Assembly (NCBI GenBank): GCA_965994715.1
Contig: CBHFMJ010000001.1
Location: 1 to 33,738 of the forward strand
Direction: 5' to 3'
Origin: an uncultured bacterium
GTDB lineage: Bacteria; Actinomycetota; UBA4738; HRBIN12
Length of the DNA stretch: 33,738 nt
The stretch's first letter is position 1, and each line of letters opens with the position of its first letter. Made by a program: the position numbers and the translations under genes. The notes under the pieces are model-generated. The model searched no databases. It was given only the letters and a program-made list of their open reading frames with translations, and was not told the origin of the DNA. Below, in pieces: positions 8,625-18,912 of this stretch.

Positions 8625-10649
8625 ATGCCGCCCTTCAAGATCACATCCGAGTTCCGTCCGTCCGGTGACCAGCCGGAGGCGATCGACCAGCTGGTCGAGG
8701 GCGTCCAGGCCGGCCAGGAACACGTGACGCTCCTCGGAGCCACCGGCACCGGGAAGACGTTCACGGTGGCGCATCTCGTCGAGCGCGTCCAGCGCCCCAC
8801 GCTCGTGATCGCCCCCAACAAATCGCTCGCGGCACAGCTGGCGAACGAGTTCCGCGAGGTCTTTCCCGAGAACGCGGTCGAGTACTTCGTGAGCTACTAC
8901 GACTACTACCAGCCCGAGGCCTACGTCCCGCAGACAGATACCTACATCGAGAAGGACTCGTCGGTGAACGACGAGATCGAGCGCCTGCGACACTCGGCTA
9001 CCGCCGCGCTGCTCTCCCGCCGCGACGTCCTGATCGTGGCCAGCGTCTCCTGCATCTACGGCCTCGGGTCGCCGGAGCAGTACGAAGGACAGCTCCTGCG
9101 CACGGTCCGCGGCACGGACCTCCCAATGGAGTTCGCGATGCAGCGCCTCGTCGACATCCAGTACCAGCGGAACAACGTGAGCCGGGCCCGGGGCACGTTC
9201 CGGGTCCAGGGCGACACCCTCGAGGTCTTCCCGAGCTACGAGCAGGTCGGGTACCGGGTCGAGTGGTGGGGCGAGACGATCGAGCGGATCAGCCGGTTCG
9301 ACCCGCTCACGGGGGAGCTCCTGACCGACACCATCACGGACCTCACCACGTTCCCGGCATCGCACTACGTCGCGAGCGACGAGCGGATGGAGCGCGCCCT
9401 CGTGACGATCGAGGAGGAGCTCCACGAGCGTCTCGCCGAGCTCGAGTCCCAGAGCAAGCTGCTCGAGGCGGAGCGGCTCCGGATGCGCACCACGTACGAC
9501 CTCGAGATGCTCCGCGAGGTCGGCTTCTGCTCGGGGATCGAGAACTACTCGCGCCACATCGACGGGCGGGCTGCCGGGAGCGCCCCGTACACGCTCCTCG
9601 ACTACTTCCCGGACGACTACCTGGTCGTGATCGACGAGTCGCACGTGACGGTGCCACAGCTCCACGGCATGTACGAGGGCGACATCTCCCGGAAGTCCAC
9701 GCTCGTCGACTTCGGGTTCCGGCTGCCGAGCGCGATCGACAACCGTCCGCTCCGCTTCGAGGAGTTCAAGGAACGGGTCCACCAGATCGTGTACATGTCC
9801 GCCACGCCGGGCCCCTGGGAGCTGAAGGTGTCGGACCGGATCGTGGAACAGATCGTCCGGCCCACCGGCCTGATCGACCCGGAGGTCGAGATCCGGCCGA
9901 CCAAGGGCCAGGTCGACGACCTGATCGAGGAGATCCGCCGCCGAGCCGAGGCGGAGCAGCGGGTGCTGGTGACGACCCTCACCAAGAAGATGGCCGAAGA
10001 CCTCACGGACTACCTGATCGAGATGGGGATCCGCGTGCGCTACCTCCACTCGGAGGTCGATACGATCCAGCGGATCGAGATCATCCGCGATCTCCGGCTG
10101 GGAGAATTCGACGTCCTCGTAGGGATCAACCTGCTCCGCGAGGGGCTCGATCTGCCCGAGGTGTCCCTGGTGGCGATCCTCGATGCCGACAAGGAGGGGT
10201 TCCTGCGCTCGGACACCTCACTGATCCAGACGATCGGACGGGCGGCGCGCAACGTCGACGGGAAGGTCCTGATGTACGCGGACGCCGTCACCGACTCGAT
10301 GAAGACCGCGATCAGCGAGACGCAGCGCCGTCGGATGATCCAGGAGGCCTATAACACCGAGCACGGCATCGATCCCACGACGATCCGGAGGCGCGTGCAC
10401 GACATCCTGCTCGCCATCTCCGAGGACCCGGCCAAGCGCGCCACCTCGCCGCGGAAGGAGCGGCGACAGCGCGTGGCCCGACCGGAGATGCCGCAGGAGG
10501 AGCTCGAGCGCCTCCTGCTCGAGCTCGAAGAGGAGATGCACCTGGCGGCGAAGGACCTCCGCTTCGAATACGCCGCTCGGCTGCGCGACGAGGTGGTCGA
10601 CCTCCGCAAGGAGCTCAAGGCCCTCCGCGCGGCCGGGGTCGGGGCGTGA
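8625..10649 (+). CDS. uvrB: Excinuclease ABC subunit B
   Basis: [20 protein letters not shown], Walker [24 protein letters not shown] (DExH) and a C-terminal UVR domain [13 protein letters not shown]. The start is ATG 8625 or in-frame GTG 8619. I prefer ATG because the -10 ends at 8615. Confidence 0.95.
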   Translation: MPPFKITSEFRPSGDQPEAIDQLVEGVQAGQEHVTLLGATGTGKTFTVAHLVERVQRPTLVIAPNKSLAAQLANEFREVFPENAVEYFVSYYDYYQPEAYVPQTDTYIEKDSSVNDEIERLRHSATAALLSRRDVLIVASVSCIYGLGSPEQYEGQLLRTVRGTDLPMEFAMQRLVDIQYQRNNVSRARGTFRVQGDTLEVFPSYEQVGYRVEWWGETIERISRFDPLTGELLTDTITDLTTFPASHYVASDERMERALVTIEEELHERLAELESQSKLLEAERLRMRTTYDLEMLREVGFCSGIENYSRHIDGRAAGSAPYTLLDYFPDDYLVVIDESHVTVPQLHGMYEGDISRKSTLVDFGFRLPSAIDNRPLRFEEFKERVHQIVYMSATPGPWELKVSDRIVEQIVRPTGLIDPEVEIRPTKGQVDDLIEEIRRRAEAEQRVLVTTLTKKMAEDLTDYLIEMGIRVRYLHSEVDTIQRIEIIRDLRLGEFDVLVGINLLREGLDLPEVSLVAILDADKEGFLRSDTSLIQTIGRAARNVDGKVLMYADAVTDSMKTAISETQRRRMIQEAYNTEHGIDPTTIRRRVHDILLAISEDPAKRATSPRKERRQRVARPEMPQEELERLLLELEEEMHLAAKDLRFEYAARLRDEVVDLRKELKALRAAGVGA

Positions 10650-11677
10650 ACCGCCTCTCCGTTCGCGCCCCGGCCGGGTGGCAGGGGCCGGGCGGGTTCC
10701 TGGAGGACGCCCAGATCGTCTGTGAGGGAGGCACGATCACGTACGCCGGCGCGGCCATCGGCGTCGACGCCGCCGACCGGGAGATCGTCGTCGACGGCTT
10801 CGTGATGCCCGCGGTGGCGGATCGCCACGTGCACATCGAGCTGTCGGACCCGGCGGCGGTGCTCGCCGGCGGGGTGACCGCGGTCCGCGACCTCGCATGG
10901 CCGGTCGAGCGGATCTTCTCGCTCGCCGACGCGTCCGAGATGCCGTCCTTCGACGGGCCGTTGATCAAGGTCGCCGGGCCGATGCTGACCGGCCCCGGTG
11001 GATACCCGACCCAGGACTCCTGGGCCCCGCCCGGGACCGGGCGCGAGATCAAGGGCACGGACGACGCCGCGGCGGCAGTGGAGGAACTCGCGCGGCTCGG
11101 GGCCGCCGCGATCAAGGTGGCGCTGAACACGGACGCCGGCCCCACGCCCACGGACGGAGAACTGTCGGCGATCTGCGACGCGGCCCATGCCGCCGACCTC
11201 CCGGTCACCGCGCACGCGCAGGGCAAGGGGCAGGTCGAGCGGGCGCTCGGCGCGGGGGTGGACGAGCTCGCCCACACGCCGTGGACCCGGTTGTCGGATC
11301 AGGTGATCGGATCCGCGGCGGGGCAGATGCGGATCGTCTCCACGCTCGACATCTCGAGTTTCGGCCGCGACACGCCCGAGATCCGCACGGCGCTCGACAA
11401 CCTCCGCCGCTTCCACGTCGCGGGGGGAACGATCGTCTACGGCACGGACCTCGGGAACGGCTCGATCCCACCCGGGATCCACACGCGGGAGGCGCTCCTC
11501 ATGGTGGAGGCGGGCTTGGAGCCGGAGGAGGTCCTCGAGGCGATGATCCGGGCGCCGCTCGCCCCCGACGCCCCCGCGGACCTGATCGCCCTCCGCCAGA
11601 GCCCGCTCGAGGATCTCCGAGCGCTCGACGACGTCACGCTCGTGATCCGCGCGGGCCGGGTCGTCGCCGGGGGCTGA
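10646..11677 (+). CDS. Amidohydrolase-superfamily metal-dependent hydrolase, substrate unknown
   Basis: GTG overlaps the uvrB stop (GTGA). An HxH motif (ADRHVHIE) and candidate downstream metal ligands (AAIKVAL, VTAHAQG, ELAHTPW, YGTDLG) are spaced as in amidohydrolases. Confidence 0.75.
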   Translation: MNRLSVRAPAGWQGPGGFLEDAQIVCEGGTITYAGAAIGVDAADREIVVDGFVMPAVADRHVHIELSDPAAVLAGGVTAVRDLAWPVERIFSLADASEMPSFDGPLIKVAGPMLTGPGGYPTQDSWAPPGTGREIKGTDDAAAAVEELARLGAAAIKVALNTDAGPTPTDGELSAICDAAHAADLPVTAHAQGKGQVERALGAGVDELAHTPWTRLSDQVIGSAAGQMRIVSTLDISSFGRDTPEIRTALDNLRRFHVAGGTIVYGTDLGNGSIPPGIHTREALLMVEAGLEPEEVLEAMIRAPLAPDAPADLIALRQSPLEDLRALDDVTLVIRAGRVVAGG

Positions 11678-11714
11678 CCCGCTCGACGCGGCGTGGGACG
11701 ATACGCACCTGGGG

Positions 11715-12797
11715 GTGATCGGGATGGTCCAGAGCGACACGACGACATGGCAGGGCGTCACCCGGTACGAGCTCGGCCAGGCCGCGCGGAACCACGGGAT
11801 GCAGCTCGAGGGCCTGCGCTACGACGTCACGCCGATCGGGATGCACTACCTCGTGATCCACTGGGACATCCCCGCAGCGGACGAGAAGACATGGACCGTT
11901 GACGTCGACGGCCTCGTCGATCGCCCACTGGCGCTCTCGATGGAGGACATCCGCTCGCGGCCGTCGGTCACGCGTCCCGTGACGATGGAGTGCGCCGGCA
12001 ACGGGCGGGCGCTGATGCCCCCGCGGGCCGAGAGCCAGCCGTGGCTCCTCGAGGCGGTCGGCAACGCCGAGTGGACGGGCACGCCGCTGCCTCCCATCCT
12101 CGAGGAGGCCGGCCTCAGCCCCGACGCCGCGGAACTGGTCTTCACCGGCGCCGACCACGGGATCCAGGGAGACGTCGAGCAGGACTACCAGTGGGGCTTC
12201 TCGGTCGCCGACATCGTGAAGGACGACGTGCTGCTGGCCTACGAGCTGAACGAGCAGCCGCTGCCGCCGCAGCACGGGTTCCCGATCCGGCTCCTGGTCC
12301 CGGATTGGTACGGGATGTGCAGCGTGAAGTGGCTCCGCAGGATCACCGCCGTCGCCGACCCGTTCGACGGCTTCCAGGTCTCCGCGTATCAGCGCCGCCA
12401 GGAGCCGGACGGCCCGGGTGAGCGTGTGACGAGGAAGGCCGTCCGTGCCTTGATGCTGCCACCGGGATTCAGCGACTTCCCCGCGAGGCAGCGGTTCGTC
12501 GACGCGGGAAGGCATGAGCTGATCGGCCGCGCGTGGTCTGGGTGGGGACACATCGACCGCGTCGAGGTGAGCGTCGATGGCGGGGCGACGTGGACGGACG
12601 CGGAGGTCGGGCCGAAGCCGGAGTCGCCCTCGTCGTGGCGTTCCTGGTCCTTCGACTGGGATGCCCGGCCGGGGGAGCGAGAGCTCCTCGTCCGTGCGAC
12701 CGACGAGGCCGGCAACGTCCAACCGATGGACCCGCCCTGGAACTACGGGGGCTTCATGAACAACACGCCTCAGCGGGTCCCCGTCGTCGTTCGCTGA
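11715..12797 (+). CDS. Sulfite-oxidase-family molybdopterin oxidoreductase (catalytic plus dimerisation domain, no signal peptide seen)
   Basis: TMECAGNGR carries the conserved Mo-ligand Cys. GFPIRLLVPDWYGMCSVKWLRRI is a typical SO-family motif. There is a C-terminal Ig-like region (VEVSVDGGATWTDAEV). The start is GTG 11715 or ATG 11724. Confidence 0.85.
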   Translation: MIGMVQSDTTTWQGVTRYELGQAARNHGMQLEGLRYDVTPIGMHYLVIHWDIPAADEKTWTVDVDGLVDRPLALSMEDIRSRPSVTRPVTMECAGNGRALMPPRAESQPWLLEAVGNAEWTGTPLPPILEEAGLSPDAAELVFTGADHGIQGDVEQDYQWGFSVADIVKDDVLLAYELNEQPLPPQHGFPIRLLVPDWYGMCSVKWLRRITAVADPFDGFQVSAYQRRQEPDGPGERVTRKAVRALMLPPGFSDFPARQRFVDAGRHELIGRAWSGWGHIDRVEVSVDGGATWTDAEVGPKPESPSSWRSWSFDWDARPGERELLVRATDEAGNVQPMDPPWNYGGFMNNTPQRVPVVVR

Positions 12798-12800
12798 CGG

Positions 12801-13946
12801 TCAGACCAGCTGCCGGAGCTCGTCGAAGCAGCGGTCGACGTCCTCCTCGGTGTTGAAGAAGTGCGGGCTGATCCGCAGGCCGTCGCCGCGGAAGTCCGTG
12901 CAGACGTCGCGCGCAAGGAGCTCGTGGCAGATCTTCTCCGCCTCGGGCCCGACCTTCACGTTCACGACGCCGCCCCGCGCGTCGCGATCCCGCGGCGTGC
13001 GCACATCGAGGCCCGCACCGTCCGCCCGGGCGATGACGTGATCGGAGAGCTCGCCGTTCCGGACGCGGATCGCGACCGGTCCCACCTCCGAGATGATGTC
13101 GATCCCGCCCTGCGCGATGAAGAACACGGGGGCCGGGGGCGTGCCGTGCTCCAGGCGGCGCGCCGTGGGGTGATAGTCGAGGTGCTCCGCATCGAAGGCG
13201 AACGGCTCGCGTTGCGCGAACCACCCCGTGATCGCGGGCTCGAGAGAGGGGAGCAGATCGCGCCGTGCGTAGAGGAACACGAGCCCCGGCCCCCCGAGCA
13301 TCCACTTGAGGACGCCGGCCGTGTAGAGGTCGCACCCGAGCTCGTGCAGGTCGAGCGGGACGATCCCGAGCCCGTGGTAGTCGTCGACGAAGGAGAGGGC
13401 GCCTCGATCGCGGGCGATCGCACACACGGCCTTCGCGTCCACGATCGCGCTGGACCGGTAGAGGACCCGATTCACCATGACGAGCGCGGTCCGTTCGTCG
13501 ATCGTCCGGTCGTACTCCTCCAGCGGGATCGTCAGGCCATCGGGACTGCGTAGCCATCGGATCTCGGCGCCCGCCTTCCGCGCCCACGCGATCCAGACCT
13601 GGCCGTCGGTCGGGAAGTCGAGCTCGGACAGGATCACGGTCCGGCGTTCGCCCGACAGGTCGAGACACGACGCGATCGTCGAGAGCGCGATCGAGATGTT
13701 CGTGGTGAGCGCCACCTCGTCGGGATCGCAGCCCGCGAGCGCCGAGAACGAGCGCTTGAGCGCCGCCATCCGCGGGAAGATGTCCTCGAACCAGACGAGA
13801 TCCGGCGCACCTTTGGAGCCCCACGCGTCCAGGTAGTCCTCGAGGTAGGCCCTCGACCGTCGGGAGACGGGACCCAGGGACGCGCTGATCAGGTACGCCT
13901 TCCGCTCCAACACGGGAAACTCGTCCCGCCAGGCGGTGAGGTCCAT
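12801..13946 (-). CDS. Class-V aminotransferase-fold PLP-dependent enzyme (kynureninase-like)
   Basis: ATG at 13946 overlaps the stop of the upstream S9 peptidase gene (ATGA). The N-terminus is [26 protein letters not shown]. The candidate PLP-Lys motif AGVLKWMLGGPG resembles kynureninase SYKYLNGGPG. The longer ORF up to 14348 overlaps the peptidase. Confidence 0.85.
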   Translation of the reverse strand: MDLTAWRDEFPVLERKAYLISASLGPVSRRSRAYLEDYLDAWGSKGAPDLVWFEDIFPRMAALKRSFSALAGCDPDEVALTTNISIALSTIASCLDLSGERRTVILSELDFPTDGQVWIAWARKAGAEIRWLRSPDGLTIPLEEYDRTIDERTALVMVNRVLYRSSAIVDAKAVCAIARDRGALSFVDDYHGLGIVPLDLHELGCDLYTAGVLKWMLGGPGLVFLYARRDLLPSLEPAITGWFAQREPFAFDAEHLDYHPTARRLEHGTPPAPVFFIAQGGIDIISEVGPVAIRVRNGELSDHVIARADGAGLDVRTPRDRDARGGVVNVKVGPEAEKICHELLARDVCTDFRGDGLRISPHFFNTEEDVDRCFDELRQLV

Positions 13947-15937
13947 CAGCTCCCGGCCGGCACGAAGCGCTCGAACCACGCCGTCGATCGCGTGACCAGG
14001 TCGAGGAACGCCGGGAGCTTCCGCACGCCGTGTCCCTCGCCCGGGTAGATCGCGACCTCGGTCGGCACGCCGTTCGCGCACAGGGCACGGTAGAACTCGA
14101 TCGCCTGGCCGGGTGGCGTGCACCGATCCTCGGTGCCCGCCGTCAGGAACGTCGGGGTCCTCACTCGGTCCGCGAGGAACACGGGGCTGCGTTCTTGGTA
14201 CTGCGCGGTCCCGTTCTGCGGCTCGCCGCCGAGGAACCAGGCGTCCCAGGCGCCGATGTTGCTGTTCCAGTGCTCGCTGTAGAAGTCCGTGACGGGGGAC
14301 ATCGCGACCGCAGCCTTGAACCGCTGGTCGACGATGGGAAGCCAGCACGACATGTAGCCGCCGTAGCTCCCGCCCGTCACCGCGATCCGATCCGGATCGG
14401 CGATCCCTCGCTCGATCAGGGCATCGACGCCCGCGAGGTCATCGCCGGCGTCGCCCCCGCCCATATCGCCGATCACGGCCTCCAGGAACGCCCGGCCGCG
14501 CCCCGTGGAACCACGCGGGTTCGGCATAAGGATCGCGAACCCGCGCGACACGAGCCAGGCGAGGTACGGCCGCGGGAACCACTCGGCGTAGGACCAGACA
14601 GGCCCGCCGTGCACGTACAGGATCAGCGGGTGGGGCCCCTCGCCTGCGGGGGCGAGCACGAAACCATCGATCTCGAGACCGTCGGGCGCCGTCCAGGTGA
14701 GCCGCTCGGCTCGCCCGACGAGACCCCGGGCGTGATCATGGCCTTGGTGCCGGAAGGATGCGATCGTGCGGTCGGCACCATCCTGAACGATGGCCACCTC
14801 GGCGGGACGATCGAACCCTTGCCGGACGAACGCGAACCCGTCCTCGCCGACGACGGCCGCGTACGGCGCCCACGAGCCCACGCTCTCGCTCGTGGACCAC
14901 GTCTCCGTGCGCTCGCCCGTCCCGGCATCGATCTCACCGAACACCGTGTCGCCCCGCCGGAGCATCGTGTAGGCGAGGCCCCCGTTGGCTCGCCAACCCA
15001 GCCACGTGACGTCGGCGTCCTCGATCTCGATCGCGCGGCGTGCATCCGTGGCCACATCGATCACGACCGCCCGACCGGACACGAGCTGGCGGTCGCTGCA
15101 GGGCGCCTCCACCGCGGCCACCCGCGTCCCATCGAGCGAGCCGACGGGGAGCCCGAACTGCACGTCGCTGGTCGCGATCACTCGGTCCGCGCCGGTCGCC
15201 ACGTCGATCAGGACGAGCGGGGAGTCGTACCACGCCGACTCGCCGGGATCCTCGGACGCCACCGCGACGACGGCGTCGTCACCGCACCAGTCCGCCTCCC
15301 AGACGTTCAGTCCTTCCCGCGACAGCAGCCGAACCTCGCCGGTCGCGACGTCGACCACCCAGAGGCGTCTCCAGACCTGCCGGTCCTCCCAGGAGTCCAC
15401 CGCCGGGACCCAGTCGGGCAGATCACGATCCGACTCCAGCGCGCCCGACCCGTCGGCACCCGCGCCGTCGGCATGCATCCCGGCCGTCCGGACGAGGATC
15501 CGGGACCCGTCCGGCGACCACGCGTGCTCCTCGATCGTGCCATCGATCTCCGGTAGCGCCTCGGCCTCGCCGAGGCCGCCGGCAGACAGGGAGAACAGCT
15601 GCATCCGGCCCTTCTCGCGCCGATCCGAGAGGAACGTGAGCGTGCTCCCCTCCGGCGACCACCTGGGGCCGGCATCGTGCTCGGGTCCCGAGGAGAGCTC
15701 TTTCGTGCCGGCCACCCCGCCCTCAGCGCCACCCGGCGCCGCCGCCAGGCAGATCCGGGTCTTCGCCGTCCCCTCGAGCTTCTCCCAGATGGACCCGGTG
15801 AACGCCACCCACCGCCCGTCGGGCGAGGGGCGCGGGTCCGATGGCTCGGTCACTCGACCGAATCCCGGCTCGTAGACCTTCCGGAAGTGCTCCTCGACCT
15901 CTTGGTACAGCGGCGACGTGCGCAGGTCCCTCTCCAT
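13946..15937 (-). CDS. S9 family serine peptidase (prolyl oligopeptidase/acylaminoacyl-peptidase type, beta-propeller plus alpha/beta hydrolase)
   Basis: Nucleophile elbow GGSYGGYMS, an Asp region [10 protein letters not shown] and a His region YPGEGHGV. The N-terminal half has propeller-like repeats ([29 protein letters not shown]). I chose the start at 15937 because TATCCT-6nt-ATG fits a leaderless layout. ATG 15967 is an alternative. Confidence 0.85.
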   Translation of the reverse strand: MERDLRTSPLYQEVEEHFRKVYEPGFGRVTEPSDPRPSPDGRWVAFTGSIWEKLEGTAKTRICLAAAPGGAEGGVAGTKELSSGPEHDAGPRWSPEGSTLTFLSDRREKGRMQLFSLSAGGLGEAEALPEIDGTIEEHAWSPDGSRILVRTAGMHADGAGADGSGALESDRDLPDWVPAVDSWEDRQVWRRLWVVDVATGEVRLLSREGLNVWEADWCGDDAVVAVASEDPGESAWYDSPLVLIDVATGADRVIATSDVQFGLPVGSLDGTRVAAVEAPCSDRQLVSGRAVVIDVATDARRAIEIEDADVTWLGWRANGGLAYTMLRRGDTVFGEIDAGTGERTETWSTSESVGSWAPYAAVVGEDGFAFVRQGFDRPAEVAIVQDGADRTIASFRHQGHDHARGLVGRAERLTWTAPDGLEIDGFVLAPAGEGPHPLILYVHGGPVWSYAEWFPRPYLAWLVSRGFAILMPNPRGSTGRGRAFLEAVIGDMGGGDAGDDLAGVDALIERGIADPDRIAVTGGSYGGYMSCWLPIVDQRFKAAVAMSPVTDFYSEHWNSNIGAWDAWFLGGEPQNGTAQYQERSPVFLADRVRTPTFLTAGTEDRCTPPGQAIEFYRALCANGVPTEVAIYPGEGHGVRKLPAFLDLVTRSTAWFERFVPAGS

Positions 15938-15943
15938 GGGCAC

Positions 15944-15949
15944 AGGATA
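15944..15949 (-). promoter_or_regulatory. Candidate -10 hexamer for a leaderless S9-peptidase transcript
   Basis: On the minus strand, TATCCT is followed by 6 nt (gtgccc) and then ATG (15937). This is the same hexamer and spacing as at 3209-3221. Confidence 0.3.
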
Positions 15950-16007
15950 GGCCGAGGAAGCGCCCATGCTCGAGCGGCTCCCCTCGAGTCCGGCGCCGAG
16001 AACAGGC

Positions 16008-16030
16008 GTGTCGCGGGCCGCCGGTACACT
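16008..16030 (+). promoter_or_regulatory. RecA-NDp/PafBC-type DNA-damage promoter motif upstream of uvrA (leaderless layout)
   Basis: gTGTCGcgg (16008-16016), 8 nt, then TACACT (16025-16030), then 6 nt and GTG 16037. Confidence 0.5.
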
Positions 16031-16036
16031 CGACCC

Positions 16037-18892
16037 GTGGGCTCCGAGAGACTCGTCATCCACGGCGCCCGTGAGCACAACCTCAAGAACGTCACGCTCG
16101 ACCTGCCGCGTGACCAGCTGATCGTGTTCACGGGGCTGTCAGGCTCCGGGAAGTCGTCCTTGGCCTTCGACACGATCTACGCCGAGGGCCAACGGCGCTA
16201 CGTCGAGTCCCTGTCGTCGTACGCCCGACAGTTCCTCGGGCAGATGGAGAAGCCCGACGTCGACTTCATCGAGGGGCTCTCCCCGGCGATCTCGATCGAC
16301 CAGAAGTCCACGTCACGCAACCCGCGGTCCACGGTCGGTACGATCACGGAGGTCTACGACTACCTCCGCGTGCTCTTCGCGCGCATCGGACATCCCCATT
16401 GCTTCAACTGCGGCCGTCCGATCGGCCGGCAGACGCCCGACCAGATCGTGGATCAGGTGCTCCAGCTGCCCGAGGGCACCCGCTTCCAGGTCCTCGCTCC
16501 GGTGATCCGTGGTCGCAAGGGCGAGTACGAGAAGCACCTCCAGGAGCTCGCGCGCAAGGGCTTCCCTCGCGCGCGGATCGACGGCGAGGTCCGGGAGCTG
16601 TCGGAGCCGATCCGGCTCCCCAAGAACATCAAGCACACGATCGAGGTCGTCGTCGACCGTCTCGTCGCCAAGCAGGGTATCCGGCGGCGCGTCGCCGACA
16701 GCATCGAGACCGCGCTCGAGCTGGCGGAGGGGATCGCCTCGATCGCGGTGACCACCCACGAAGGTCATGAGGAGCTCCAGACGTTCTCGCAGAAGCTCGC
16801 CTGCACGTACTGCGGGCTGTCGTTCGACGAGCTGGCGCCACGCAACTTCTCGTTCAACTCGCCGTACGGAGCGTGTCCCACCTGCGACGGGCTCGGCACC
16901 CGGCTCGAGGTGGACGCCGATCTCGTGGTGCCCGATCCCACCCTCTCCATCAACGAAGGAGCGCTGGCGCCGTGGGCGAGCAACACCCTCGAGTACTGGT
17001 ACCGGGTCCTCGAGGCGGTCGGCGAGACCCACGGCTTCTCGCTCGATACACCGTGGAAGAAGCTCCCCAAGCGGGCGCGAGACGTCGTGCTCTTCGGATC
17101 CGATGAGGAGATCTACGTCCGGTACAAGAACCGCTACGGGCGACAGCGCTCGTACTACACCGGCTACGAGGGCGTGCTCCCCAACATCGAACGGCGCCAC
17201 ATGGAGACGGACTCGGACGCCTCGCGCGAGAAGCTCGAGCAGTTCATGCGCGAGACCCCCTGCCGCTCGTGCAAGGGTGCACGGCTCCGTCCGGAGACGC
17301 TCGCGGTCACCGTCGACGGACTCCACATCTCCGCGCTCACCGACCTGTCGATCCGGAAGACGCTGTCCTTCCTCGAGTCGATGGCGCTGTCGGAGCGCGA
17401 AGAGATGATCGCCGAGCGGTTGCTGAAGGAGATCCGCGCCCGGCTCGGTTTCCTCGTCGACGTGGGTCTCGACTACCTGACGCTTTCCCGGCCGGCGGGC
17501 ACGCTGGCGGGTGGGGAGGCGCAACGGATCCGCCTCGCGACCCAGATCGGCTCGGGCCTGGTCGGCGTGCTCTACATCCTCGACGAGCCGTCGATCGGTC
17601 TGCACCAGCGGGACAATCGCCGCTTGCTCGACACCTTGATCCGCCTCCGAGACCTCGGGAACACGCTGATCGTGGTCGAGCACGACGAGGCCACCATCAT
17701 CGAGGCCGACCACATCGTGGACATCGGCCCGCTGGCGGGGGAGCACGGTGGACGGATCGTCTACTCGGGCGACCTGAAGGGACTGCTCGGCTCCGATGAG
17801 TCGCTCACGGGTGCGTACCTTTCCGGGAGACGGTCGATCCCCCTGCCGTCGTCACGGCGCACACCGAAGCGATGGCTCCGCCTCGAGGGCGTGCGGCAGC
17901 ACAACCTGAAGGACATCACGGTGAAGATCCCGCTCGGTGTGATGGTGTGCGTGACCGGGGTGAGCGGGAGCGGCAAGTCCACCCTCGTCCAGGACGTCCT
18001 GCTCCGCGCGCTGATGCAGAAGGTGTATCGCTCGCGAGTGTTGCCGGGGAAGCACCGGCGGATGGTCGGGTGGGAAGACGTCGACAAGGTGATCGACATC
18101 GACCAGTCGCCCATCGGTCGCACGCCGCGGTCCAACCCGGCCACCTACACGGGGGTCTGGGACCACGTCCGCAAGCTGTTCGCCCAGGTCCCGGAGGCCC
18201 GACTCCGCGGCTACCAGCCCGGGCGCTTCTCGTTCAACGTCCGCGGGGGGCGGTGCGAGAACTGCGCCGGCGACGGCCAGATCAAGATCGAGATGCATTT
18301 CCTGCCGGACGTCTACGTGACGTGCGAGGTCTGCAAGGGCCGGCGGTACAACCGGGAGACGCTCGAGGTGAAGTACAAGGGTCGCACGGTCTCCGACGTC
18401 CTCGAGATGAGCGTCGACGAAGCGCTCGAGTTCTTCCAGAACATCCCGCCGATCAAGCGACACATGCAGACGCTGTCCGACGTCGGACTGGGCTACATCA
18501 AGCTCGGGCAGCCCGCCCCCACGCTGTCCGGAGGGGAGGCGCAGCGGATCAAGCTGTCGAGCGAGCTCCACAAGCGCGCCACCGGCAACACCGTCTACAT
18601 CCTCGACGAGCCCACCACCGGCCTCCACTTCGAGGACATCAGGAAGCTGTTGCAGGTCCTCCAGCGATTGGTCGCCACCGGGAACACGGTGCTCGTGATC
18701 GAGCACAACCTGGACGTCGTGAAGACCGCGGACTGGCTGATCGACCTCGGTCCCGAAGGCGGCGACCAGGGCGGCCGCATCGTGGCCGAGGGACCCCCGG
18801 AGGCCATCGCGGCCAACGCGGAGTCCCACACGGGTCGGTTCCTCGAGGAGGTCCTGGGGGTCCTGCCGGTCGGCGTCGGCGCCTCCGCGTAA
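16037..18892 (+). CDS. uvrA: Excinuclease ABC subunit A
   Basis: [61 protein letters not shown], two ABC modules (the second Walker A is [10 protein letters not shown]) and zinc modules CPTCDGLG and [17 protein letters not shown]. At 951 aa it is a normal class I size. The in-frame ORF extension back to 15677 overlaps the divergent peptidase gene. Confidence 0.95.
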   Translation: MGSERLVIHGAREHNLKNVTLDLPRDQLIVFTGLSGSGKSSLAFDTIYAEGQRRYVESLSSYARQFLGQMEKPDVDFIEGLSPAISIDQKSTSRNPRSTVGTITEVYDYLRVLFARIGHPHCFNCGRPIGRQTPDQIVDQVLQLPEGTRFQVLAPVIRGRKGEYEKHLQELARKGFPRARIDGEVRELSEPIRLPKNIKHTIEVVVDRLVAKQGIRRRVADSIETALELAEGIASIAVTTHEGHEELQTFSQKLACTYCGLSFDELAPRNFSFNSPYGACPTCDGLGTRLEVDADLVVPDPTLSINEGALAPWASNTLEYWYRVLEAVGETHGFSLDTPWKKLPKRARDVVLFGSDEEIYVRYKNRYGRQRSYYTGYEGVLPNIERRHMETDSDASREKLEQFMRETPCRSCKGARLRPETLAVTVDGLHISALTDLSIRKTLSFLESMALSEREEMIAERLLKEIRARLGFLVDVGLDYLTLSRPAGTLAGGEAQRIRLATQIGSGLVGVLYILDEPSIGLHQRDNRRLLDTLIRLRDLGNTLIVVEHDEATIIEADHIVDIGPLAGEHGGRIVYSGDLKGLLGSDESLTGAYLSGRRSIPLPSSRRTPKRWLRLEGVRQHNLKDITVKIPLGVMVCVTGVSGSGKSTLVQDVLLRALMQKVYRSRVLPGKHRRMVGWEDVDKVIDIDQSPIGRTPRSNPATYTGVWDHVRKLFAQVPEARLRGYQPGRFSFNVRGGRCENCAGDGQIKIEMHFLPDVYVTCEVCKGRRYNRETLEVKYKGRTVSDVLEMSVDEALEFFQNIPPIKRHMQTLSDVGLGYIKLGQPAPTLSGGEAQRIKLSSELHKRATGNTVYILDEPTTGLHFEDIRKLLQVLQRLVATGNTVLVIEHNLDVVKTADWLIDLGPEGGDQGGRIVAEGPPEAIAANAESHTGRFLEEVLGVLPVGVGASA

Positions 18893-18912
18893 GGGTCTCA
18901 GAGCGGCAGTGG

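Noticed and set aside
7707-10049. Minus-strand 780-aa ORF antisense to uvrB. There are similar ones at 16313-17746, 17852-18829, 20590-22521, 22179-23390, 24966-26306, 26978-28726 and 32116-33375.
   Set aside because: These are all shadow ORFs opposite strongly recognised genes. Their composition is typical of antisense high-GC translation, and there is no start context or motif.
16000-16013. Possible LexA/Cheo-type SOS box GAACaggcGTGT upstream of uvrA
   Set aside because: The second half-site has two mismatches to GTTC, and it does not fit the actinobacterial TCGAAC-N4-GTTCGA box. No comparable site occurs at uvrB or uvrC, and the RecA-NDp-like motif explains the region better.
15677-16036. 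In-frame upstream extension of the uvrA ORF. There are analogous extensions for pgk (24840), tpiA (25978), the lipoprotein (17872), dppD-like (30368), dppF-like (31933), ABC-2 permease (5107), DUF2203-like (3622) and rpsA (830).
   Set aside because: The extensions overlap the preceding genes and lack family similarity. The conserved N-termini begin at the internal starts, which have SD, overlap-coupling or leaderless signals.
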